Assembly (NCBI GenBank): GCA_021773235.1
Contig: JAJFKL010000048.1
Span: forward strand, 44,687-108,686
DNA from: Gammaproteobacteria bacterium
GTDB lineage: Bacteria; Pseudomonadota; Gammaproteobacteria; Eutrophobiales; Eutrophobiaceae
Direction: 5' to 3'
Length of the DNA stretch: 64,000 nt
The notes below the pieces were generated by a model. It saw nothing but the letters and a program-made list of their open reading frames with translations, made no database searches and had not been told where the DNA came from. Below, piece by piece: positions 19,081 through 26,566 of this stretch. How positions within the stretch are numbered: the stretch's first letter is position 1; the number at the start of each line of letters is the position of its first letter. The position numbers and the translations under genes were made by a program.

Positions 19081-20013
19081 CTGGCAGATTATGTAAATAC
19101 TTTTGGCCAATCTATCAAGACACGTTACGGCAAGCGTGTTCATAAGATTGCTATAGATGCGACGTTTACTTGTCCCAATCGTGACGGTAGCAAAGGACGT
19201 GGCGGTTGTAGTTTCTGTAACAATGCTTCATTCAGCCCAAACGGGCTTAAACCTGAATCAATTTCATCTCAAGTTGATGCAGGAAAAGCGGTCATTAAAA
19301 AACGTACCGGCGCCCTGCACTACATTGCTTATTTCCAGGCATATACCAATACCTATGGCAACATAGATGAACTTCGCTCTACATATGATCAGGCACTCAT
19401 CCAGGAAAACATAGTGGGACTTTCGGTGGGAACCCGACCAGATTGTGTGCCAGAACCTGTTCTTGAGTTACTAGCCGAATATCAGCAGCAAGGTTATGAA
19501 GTATGGCTTGAGCTTGGTTTGCAATCGAGCTTTGATGAGACACTTATACGCGTCAATCGCGGACATGATTATCAAGAATATTGTGACGCTGTTGATGCCG
19601 CACATCGTTATAATCTTAACGTATGCACACACCTTATGCTTGGGCTTCCCGGTGAAGATAAATCACATGCGCTGGTTACATTGAAACGCGTATTATCACA
19701 AGGTGTTGCAGGATTGAAAATACACCCATTACATATTGTAAAAGGCACACGATTGGCTAATGAGTGGCGAGCAAACGAATATATTCCACTCTCATACAAT
19801 GACTATATTGAAACAGTATGTGACATGATCGAATTAACGCCGATGGAGGTCGTTTATCATCGTTTAACTGGTACAGCGCCGGATAAAATCCTGCTGGCAC
19901 CTGCTTGGTGTGGTGAAAAATGGAACGTGTTGAATGGAATCATGAATGAACTAAAACAACGAGGCACAAACCAGGGCTTTCATGATATTGCGAATAATTT
20001 ATACCCCGTATAA
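19081..20013 (+). CDS. TIGR01212-family radical SAM protein (YhcC-like); start codon unresolved
   Basis: The frame is open from 19036. N-terminus ..YVNTFGQSIKTRYGKRVHKIAIDATFTCPNRDGSKGRGGCSFCN is collinear with E. coli YhcC as recalled. The first canonical start in frame is GTG 19414, which would delete the Fe-S motif. Confidence 0.7.
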   Translation: MADYVNTFGQSIKTRYGKRVHKIAIDATFTCPNRDGSKGRGGCSFCNNASFSPNGLKPESISSQVDAGKAVIKKRTGALHYIAYFQAYTNTYGNIDELRSTYDQALIQENIVGLSVGTRPDCVPEPVLELLAEYQQQGYEVWLELGLQSSFDETLIRVNRGHDYQEYCDAVDAAHRYNLNVCTHLMLGLPGEDKSHALVTLKRVLSQGVAGLKIHPLHIVKGTRLANEWRANEYIPLSYNDYIETVCDMIELTPMEVVYHRLTGTAPDKILLAPAWCGEKWNVLNGIMNELKQRGTNQGFHDIANNLYPV

Positions 20014-20027
20014 GTAATCATAGAAGA

Positions 20028-21206
20028 TTAATGACCTATTGCCGTTAACTGGTTCATGATAGCCCGTTTTACTGGCCAAATATTGTTGCCCAGTCTAAGC
20101 ATGGTTTTTCTCATCAATCTTGCCGATAACATTTCATTATTATTATACAAACGAACAATTCCATTCGTTGCCAGATATAGTGGATGCGATGCGCGTCGAT
20201 GTATTGAGTGATAGCTTTCCAATACTGCTGGCGAAGCAATATCAACACCTCGCTTCAATGCAGTCTTTATCTCCCTGGCAAGCGTATTTTGTCCTTTTAA
20301 CCCTAAATTAAACCCATGTGCGGTTACCGGATGCATACCGACAGCAGCATCACCAATCAATGCAAAACGATTTGACACAAACTTATCCGCATAAACAGCA
20401 ACAAGTGGATAAGGAAACCGTTCACCGATCAGTTTCATTTTACCTAGGCGATGCTTGAATTGATGAGAGATATCATTATTAAATTTTTCTTCACTTAAAT
20501 TTAGTATTTCATTGCATCTATCAGTTGGCGCAGTTATTACTATTGATGATTGATTTCCTGTAAGAGGTAAAACAGCAAGTGTTCTACCATAATGAAAACA
20601 TTCATAGGCAATATTGCCATGTGATTTCTCATGTTCCATTCGGCACACAATAACAACCTGACCAAAATCTCGCATGCTGGCAGACAAGCCCACTTTGCGA
20701 CGCGTTTCTGAAAACCGACTATCGGCAGCAACAACTAACGTAGCATCAATCGTTTCTCCATTAGATAGTACGACAGATGCACCTTGATTATTATTACTTA
20801 CAGACATGACAGAGGTATCAGTCGATAACTCAATATTCGATAGCGCATCTAGATTTTCATACAGTGCCTTACGAATTAAATGATTAGACACAAGATATCC
20901 TAATGCGTCATGACAGACTCTTTTATGATCAAAATGCAAGAAGTATGATGATGTGCCATCTAATACTCTCGCTTCCTTTATCGGCGAGATAGCATTAGAA
21001 GAAATTTGAGGCCATGCACCAATCTCATTTAATAACTTAACAGAGAGATGCGTTAATGCAATATCGCGCCCATCAAAAGCAGGATAAGCTAGGGATTCTT
21101 TAGATGACTTTTCAACAATTAACACATTCAAATCAGTGTTTGCAAGTGAACGAGCAAAACTCAGCCCCGCTGGACCTGCTCCAATTATAACAACATCGTA
21201 TTTCAT
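20028..21206 (-). CDS. FAD-dependent ubiquinone-biosynthesis hydroxylase, UbiH/UbiF/VisC/Coq6 family
   Basis: YDVVIIGAGPAGL Rossmann fingerprint. GDAAVGMHPVTAHGFNLG motif. 392 aa. Confidence 0.8.
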   Translation of the reverse strand: MKYDVVIIGAGPAGLSFARSLANTDLNVLIVEKSSKESLAYPAFDGRDIALTHLSVKLLNEIGAWPQISSNAISPIKEARVLDGTSSYFLHFDHKRVCHDALGYLVSNHLIRKALYENLDALSNIELSTDTSVMSVSNNNQGASVVLSNGETIDATLVVAADSRFSETRRKVGLSASMRDFGQVVIVCRMEHEKSHGNIAYECFHYGRTLAVLPLTGNQSSIVITAPTDRCNEILNLSEEKFNNDISHQFKHRLGKMKLIGERFPYPLVAVYADKFVSNRFALIGDAAVGMHPVTAHGFNLGLKGQNTLAREIKTALKRGVDIASPAVLESYHSIHRRASHPLYLATNGIVRLYNNNEMLSARLMRKTMLRLGNNIWPVKRAIMNQLTAIGH

Positions 21207-21282
21207 TTTAGTTTTCCTAATAATAATTTATTTTGTTAGCAATAATTTTTATCTACTTTTCAATTAAAACACTTACCGACAT

Positions 21283-21330
21283 GTGGTTGGCAAGAACCAA
21301 CTTGGTTCTTCATTGGTTTTAACCAACCAC
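21283..21330. repeat. Cluster of five TTGGTT/AACCAA hexamers forming nested inverted repeats
   Basis: GTGGTTGG(21283-90)...CCAACCAC(21323-30) encloses AAGAACCAA-c-TTGGTTCTT (21292-21310) and TTGGTT-tt-AACCAA. Confidence 0.5.
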
Positions 21331-21447
21331 TTGTTAACGGCAATTAGACTTAATCTAATAATATTTTTATTAAAATAGTGTTAGATAGTGTCTAAATTAA
21401 TTAAATAACTAACTTAATAGTTCAATTGTTAAGCCTAGACGATCATT

Positions 21448-21469
21448 AACTTTGATCTAGATCAAAGTT
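21448..21469. promoter_or_regulatory. 22-bp perfect palindrome containing a perfect FNR/ANR-type box (TTGAT-CTAG-ATCAA at 21452-21465)
   Basis: AACTTTGATCT/AGATCAAAGTT. Lies about 137 nt upstream of pqqA and about 250 nt upstream of the divergent ubiH-like gene. Confidence 0.6.
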
Positions 21470-21595
21470 ATTTGCATTAACTTATATAACGCCAAGTATT
21501 GGAACACACATTGCAAATTAGCTATTGTTGTTCGGATATTTATCGAATAATTAATAATGTATTTTAACTTATATTAAGACAAGAGGAGTTTTACT

Positions 21596-21670
21596 ATGCA
21601 ATGGGTTGATCCAGCTTATTGTGACTTGCGATTAGGTTTTGAAGTCACAGCATACGTTTACGTGCGCTAA
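21596..21670 (+). CDS. pqqA: PQQ precursor peptide PqqA (24 aa)
   Basis: MQWVDPAYCDLRLGFEVTAYVYVR closely resembles canonical PqqA (e.g. [23 protein letters not shown]) and keeps the E-x3-Y pair. GAGGAG Shine-Dalgarno about 7 nt upstream. Too small to appear in the ORF track. Confidence 0.85.
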   Translation: MQWVDPAYCDLRLGFEVTAYVYVR

Positions 21671-21760
21671 TTATAAAACCTGTATAAGGGAGAGTGACTG
21701 ACGCTATATTAGTCACTCTTCTTTTATTTTAATGAACATAAACACACGTTGTTTTTATTT

Positions 21761-22045
21761 ATGAACGAAACGATAACAATAGCTGCAGAGAATATTATTG
21801 AAATAAATCCCATGTATCTATTCCGATGGGAAGAACCACAACAAGCACACGTATTGCTATACCCCGAAGGTATTGTAAAAGTAAATGAAACGGGCGCTGA
21901 AATATTAAAACTCTGCAATGGAATTAAAACAGTTACAGAAATAATTTCTGAACTAAATGATAAATACAGCACAGACGTAACAGACAGCGTCAATAAATTT
22001 TTGGAGGTAGCCCATGCCAAAGGATGGATCAGAAGTAAGTCTTGA
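21761..22045 (+). CDS. pqqD: PQQ biosynthesis peptide chaperone PqqD
   Basis: About 94 aa. LYPEG.V.LNETGAEIL.LC.G..TV.EI...L motif pattern of PqqD. The ORF track starts at TTG 21749; ATG 21761 is more likely. Confidence 0.8.
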   Translation: MNETITIAAENIIEINPMYLFRWEEPQQAHVLLYPEGIVKVNETGAEILKLCNGIKTVTEIISELNDKYSTDVTDSVNKFLEVAHAKGWIRSKS

Positions 22046-23162
22046 TGGTTTAGGTATCCCAATGTGGCTTACCTTGGAGATGACATATCGATGTCCTCTT
22101 CATTGTCCTTGGTGCAGCAATCCTCTCGATTTTGATAAATTCAAAAATGAACTTTCAACCGATGATTGGAAACGCGTCCTACGTGAAGGTCGTGCTATGG
22201 GAGCTTTACAACTTGGGTTTACTGGTGGAGAACCCATGTTGCGCGATGATATAGAAGAACTCGTCGCCTATTCAACTGAACTCGGTTATTACGCTAACCT
22301 AATTACTTCCGGTATAGGTTTAACACCTGAACGTTTAAAGGCGATGAAAGATGGTGGCCTCAAGCAAATACAACTTAGTCTGCAATCAAGTGATCGTGAC
22401 ATCACCAATAAATTAGTTGGCGCTGATGTCTATGATCAAAAATTGTCAGTTGCTCATGAGATCAAGAGACAAGGTTTTCCAATGGTGTTAAATGTGCCTA
22501 TATGCAAACAGAATATTGGACAGACCAGAGATATTCTAGAATTAGCTGAAGAGCTTGGTGTTGAATATATTGAGTTTGCCAATATTCAGTATTACAACTG
22601 GGCACTTTTAAACCGTGCAGAGTTTTTGCCGACGAGAGAAGAAATCGAAGATGCCGAAGTGGCAGTTAAGGAAACCAGAGAACGTCTGGGTAAAAAAATG
22701 GAGATCTATTTTGTCATCCCGGATTATTTTGATGAACGTCCAAAGGCTTGTATGAATGGCTGGGGTGCTATTCATCTAACCATCGGTCCCGATGGTGCAG
22801 CACTTCCCTGTCAGGAAGCACGTATTATCAAAGGCTTTGAATTTCCCAGTGTTCTCGATCACTCACTGGATTGGATCTGGAATGAATCACCAGTATTCAA
22901 CGCATTCCGCGGCGAAGAATGGATGAAAGAACCTTGTCGAAGTTGTGATGAGAAAGAAAAGGATCATGGTGGTTGTCGTTGCCAGGCCCTTTTGTTGACT
23001 GGTGATGCCGCTAATACTGATCCTGTTTGTTCCAAGTCACCATTTCATGACTTAATTAAATCCAGTGTCGCTGAAACAACAAACGAACACAGAGTAGAAC
23101 GACCACTTGTGTATCGTAGAAAGGGAGCCATCACAACGGACTTTCTAGAAACAACAGAATGA
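22014..23162 (+). CDS. pqqE: PQQ biosynthesis radical SAM/SPASM enzyme PqqE
   Basis: WLTLEMTYRCPLHCPWCSNP (CxxxCxxC). C-terminal Cys-rich SPASM region (CRSCDEKEKDHGGCRCQA). 32-nt overlap with pqqD. Confidence 0.9.
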   Translation: MPKDGSEVSLDGLGIPMWLTLEMTYRCPLHCPWCSNPLDFDKFKNELSTDDWKRVLREGRAMGALQLGFTGGEPMLRDDIEELVAYSTELGYYANLITSGIGLTPERLKAMKDGGLKQIQLSLQSSDRDITNKLVGADVYDQKLSVAHEIKRQGFPMVLNVPICKQNIGQTRDILELAEELGVEYIEFANIQYYNWALLNRAEFLPTREEIEDAEVAVKETRERLGKKMEIYFVIPDYFDERPKACMNGWGAIHLTIGPDGAALPCQEARIIKGFEFPSVLDHSLDWIWNESPVFNAFRGEEWMKEPCRSCDEKEKDHGGCRCQALLLTGDAANTDPVCSKSPFHDLIKSSVAETTNEHRVERPLVYRRKGAITTDFLETTE

Positions 23163-23251
23163 AGCTGCCACATGAAACACTAGAAACTTCAGTTATTGCA
23201 GGAATCATCCTCACAATAGCATTGTTTGTATTGATTCGTGCATTAATTTGA
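23159..23251 (+). CDS. Candidate 30-aa single-TM micro-protein translationally coupled to pqqE
   Basis: Its ATG overlaps the pqqE stop (ATGA). Product: MKLPHETLETSVIAGIILTIALFVLIRALI. No homology evidence is available. Confidence 0.3.
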   Translation: MKLPHETLETSVIAGIILTIALFVLIRALI

Positions 23252-23390
23252 AGCAGTGATACATAAATTATGACCTATCCTCTATCCTCACTGTGGCACC
23301 GAAATATGTGATTGGTAACTTCCCATTTCAAACTTCACATTATTCTCGGTGCCACCATTTATTTAAATTATAAATTTTAGGAATTATTAA

Positions 23391-23885
23391 ATGACTCTTG
23401 CATTGATCTTAGATGTGATTGCCCGTTATTTACACATCATTAGTATTCTCGTCTGGATGGGACATAACTATGCCAATGTTATCCAGAACCCAACATTCAA
23501 ACCCGCGCAGCCATCAAATCGAGAAACAATGTCAGCAGCCATGAAACGTGAGCATGGGACGTTTCGTTATGCCTCGCTAGTCGCACTTGTGACTGGAATC
23601 TACATGCTTTGGTTTAGAGGTATGTTTTTAGATGCATTGACGCTATCAGGGCATGCTGTCGTTATGGGTGTCGGTGTATGGCTTGGGATTATTATGGTAC
23701 TCAATCTATGGTTTGTGCTTTGGCCACACCAGAAAAAAGTTCTGGGGTTTATTCCCGCTTCAGATGAAGAACGGATCCGCTGTTCGCGAATCACCTTCCT
23801 TTCTTCTCGTACCAATACAATATTATCCATTGCCACACTGTTTTTTATGATTAGTGGTGCTCATGGCATTGTCTTGTACCTCTAA
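23391..23885 (+). CDS. Integral membrane protein (about 4 TM), unknown family
   Basis: 164-aa hydrophobic ORF on the same strand as the pqq genes. AGGA-like Shine-Dalgarno upstream. Confidence 0.5.
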   Translation: MTLALILDVIARYLHIISILVWMGHNYANVIQNPTFKPAQPSNRETMSAAMKREHGTFRYASLVALVTGIYMLWFRGMFLDALTLSGHAVVMGVGVWLGIIMVLNLWFVLWPHQKKVLGFIPASDEERIRCSRITFLSSRTNTILSIATLFFMISGAHGIVLYL

Positions 23886-23903
23886 GACAAGAACGATCTA
23901 GCC

Positions 23904-24977
23904 GTGTTTAATTTTTCTTCCGGTCCTGCCATGTTGCCTAAGGAAGTGCTAGTTCAGGCGCAAGCAGAAATGCTGAACTGGAATGGCTCAGGCATGTCGG
24001 TAATGGAAATGCCATTTACTTGCGATGAATTTCAAAATATTGCGACGCAAGCACGGATCAATCTTAAATTATTATTAGACCTACCTGATAATTATCACAT
24101 CCTGTTTATGCAAGGCGGTGCATACGGGCACTTCTCTTTGTTGGCCATGAATCTATTAGGAAAAAACAAACAGGCCGATTACGCCCAAACGGGACATTGG
24201 TCAAGCAGAGCCATCAATGAAGCACAGCGTTATGGTGACATCAATATTGTTACGAGTTCAGTAGAGACCGGTTTTGATCACATACCTGAACAATCAAAAT
24301 GGGGGCTGAATAAAAAAGCAGCCTACTGCCATATTACATCTAATGAAACAGCAGATGGTGTACAGTTTCATTGGACACCAGGAACGGATAATATTCCATT
24401 AATCGCAGATGTGACATCAGACTTTTTAACTCGCAAAATTGATGTGCCCCAATATGGAATGCTCTATGCCAGTGCGCAAAAAAATATCGGTGCAGCAGGA
24501 TTAACTGTTGTTATTATACGAGATGATTTACTTGATCAAAGCATGGACATAACGCCAACAGTTTTTAATTATGGCGAACAAGCAAAAAATAATTCCAGGG
24601 TTAATACCTTACCAACGTACAGCATCTATATATCAGGACTCATCTTCAGATGGTTAATGGATCTTGGTGGTTTAGCTAAAATTGAGATCTTGAATAATAA
24701 AAAAGCTGAAGCACTTTATGCCGTCATTGATAATGATGAACAATACCAATGTGCTGTTAAGCCTGCGGCTCGTTCAAACGTTAACATTTGTTTTAATTTA
24801 ACTGATAGGTCATTGGAATCAGCCTTTCTTAAGGAAGCGACAAGCCTGGGTTTAATTAACCTAAAAGGACATGGCGCAAGAGGAGGCATTCGTGCCAGTC
24901 TTTATAACGCTATGCCGCAATCAGGCGTTGATGCATTGATAAGCTTTATGCAGGATTTTTCTGCAAAAAATGGATAA
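23904..24977 (+). CDS. serC: SerC-family (class V) aminotransferase; phosphoserine-aminotransferase-like but with a divergent substrate pocket
   Basis: GTG start. FNFSSGPAMLP N-terminus, PLP-Lys in YASAQKNIGAAGLT, C-terminal GGIRASLYNAMP. Residues I recall as phosphate ligands are substituted (see findings). Confidence 0.7.
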   Translation: MFNFSSGPAMLPKEVLVQAQAEMLNWNGSGMSVMEMPFTCDEFQNIATQARINLKLLLDLPDNYHILFMQGGAYGHFSLLAMNLLGKNKQADYAQTGHWSSRAINEAQRYGDINIVTSSVETGFDHIPEQSKWGLNKKAAYCHITSNETADGVQFHWTPGTDNIPLIADVTSDFLTRKIDVPQYGMLYASAQKNIGAAGLTVVIIRDDLLDQSMDITPTVFNYGEQAKNNSRVNTLPTYSIYISGLIFRWLMDLGGLAKIEILNNKKAEALYAVIDNDEQYQCAVKPAARSNVNICFNLTDRSLESAFLKEATSLGLINLKGHGARGGIRASLYNAMPQSGVDALISFMQDFSAKNG

Positions 24978-25785
24978 GCACGCCCTGCCCTCATTCCCGA
25001 TCAATATAATGGGGCTTGATTTTCCGAATCCAGTCGGGCTTGCCGCCGGTTTTGATCGTGATGGCAGTCAGATAAACAGTTTGAATAAAGCTGGTTTTGG
25101 TTTTATCGAGCTTGGCACTATTAATGTGAATTCCGAACTTGAATTTGATGATGAACTGGAAAACATTATTCGTAATTTAGAATATTCAAAAAATCAGCCT
25201 ACAAACCATGCGTTAGTTGGCATCAGTTTGGGAAGCTTAAGGGATGCTATTGATGAATATACTATTGCTGATTACCTTCAGGGAATGGAAAAATTTTGGC
25301 ATTATTCAGATTACATTGTAATCAACTTGAGTAGGCCAGGTAGCTCTGCACGTTCCGAAGTAAATAATAAAGAAGGTTTGCGTAGTCTATTACAAAAGAT
25401 CAAACAAGGTCATGTTGAACTTTGTGAAAAACAAGGCAAACATGTACCTATCATCACTAAGGTAGCAATAGAACACGAAGATAGAAAAACATTACCAGAA
25501 GCATTAAACATTGCTTATGAACAAGGGTTTGATGGTTTGTTAATAGCATTTGAACATTGGCCATCATCTGTCGATGTAATAACTACAGTGCGCGAAATTT
25601 CTGCATTGACAAATAAACTGCCACTGATCGTCGTTGGTGGTATTAAAACAGAAGATGAGGCATTACAAATATTAAATGCAGGAGCAAATCTTGTGCAGTG
25701 CTATAGCTTACTAGCTGATCAAGGGCCAACAAACGTAAAAAACATGGTCCGGGAACTAGCCCTAAAAACAAAAGAAAATCTATAG
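24970..25785 (+). CDS. Dihydroorotate-dehydrogenase-like TIM-barrel protein, truncated and degenerate
   Basis: MGLDFPNPVGLAAGFDRDG..GFGFIELGT and VVGGI....A.....GA.LVQ.YS blocks match class 2 PyrD. The N-terminal membrane helix and several catalytic blocks are absent. 8-nt overlap with the serC-like gene. Confidence 0.55.
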   Translation: MDKHALPSFPINIMGLDFPNPVGLAAGFDRDGSQINSLNKAGFGFIELGTINVNSELEFDDELENIIRNLEYSKNQPTNHALVGISLGSLRDAIDEYTIADYLQGMEKFWHYSDYIVINLSRPGSSARSEVNNKEGLRSLLQKIKQGHVELCEKQGKHVPIITKVAIEHEDRKTLPEALNIAYEQGFDGLLIAFEHWPSSVDVITTVREISALTNKLPLIVVGGIKTEDEALQILNAGANLVQCYSLLADQGPTNVKNMVRELALKTKENL

Positions 25786-25847
25786 TTTCTATACTGTTAA
25801 TGCGATTTCAAATAAACTAGAAGCAGAAACCATGAAGATCTAATTGA

Positions 25848-26555
25848 TTATGAACACTTGGAGTCGCCGCAGTTCAGACACGTCATACATCCATCCATCA
25901 TAATCGAAGCCTTGGTTAAACATTTTTTACACAACTCTGCATTCTCGGGATAGTCACTCTCGCTATCATTACTACCCGATAAACGTTGTTCATGTTCTGC
26001 ACGTTTTTCCTTAATGAATTCTTTCTGGTGCTCGTCCAGCCCATCTTTTTTAAGAAGACCAATCATACACAAATGGTTTTCCAAAACATCACCAATCTCA
26101 GCTACAAGTGAAGGCATAAACTTCCCGCCTTTTTTAAAGTAACCGCCTTGCGGATCAAACACCGAACGGAATTCTTCAACCAAAAAAGTAATATCGCCGC
26201 CTTTTCGAAATACAGCAGAAACGATTCGGGTCAACGCAAGGATCCATTGGTAGTGTTCCATATTTTTAGAGTTAATAAACATCTCAAACGGACGACGCAG
26301 TTCATGGTCTGTATCTGGATTCAGGATGACATCATTAATTGTGACATATAGAGCATGCTCAGATAAAGGCGTGGTGATCTTGTACGTTGAGCCTTGAAGC
26401 ATAGCTGGACGTTCCAACTTTTCATGCATCTGCACGACATTATTACTATCCTCTGCCCGTCGGTTCTTATGATTCTTTGCCGACAATGTTTCCTCAGCAT
26501 TATCTTTGACAACAGTATATTCGGTGATTTTTTTATCAATTTTAATCGTCATCAT
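25848..26555 (-). CDS. nrdJb: Class II ribonucleotide reductase, small C-terminal subunit (NrdJb-like)
   Basis: 235 aa, immediately downstream (11-nt gap) of nrdJa. Cys-rich tail CKKC...DGCMTCLNCGDSKCS. This architecture is known from Pseudomonas split NrdJ. Confidence 0.65.
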   Translation of the reverse strand: MMTIKIDKKITEYTVVKDNAEETLSAKNHKNRRAEDSNNVVQMHEKLERPAMLQGSTYKITTPLSEHALYVTINDVILNPDTDHELRRPFEMFINSKNMEHYQWILALTRIVSAVFRKGGDITFLVEEFRSVFDPQGGYFKKGGKFMPSLVAEIGDVLENHLCMIGLLKKDGLDEHQKEFIKEKRAEHEQRLSGSNDSESDYPENAELCKKCLTKASIMMDGCMTCLNCGDSKCS

Positions 26556-26566
26556 ATATCCCCTAA

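Noticed and set aside
19157-19366. 69-aa ORF upstream of the 19414 ORF
   Set aside because: It is out of frame with, and nested in, the conserved N-terminal coding region of the TIGR01212 radical-SAM gene. The other frame encodes the recognisable CPNRDG...GGCSFCN motif.
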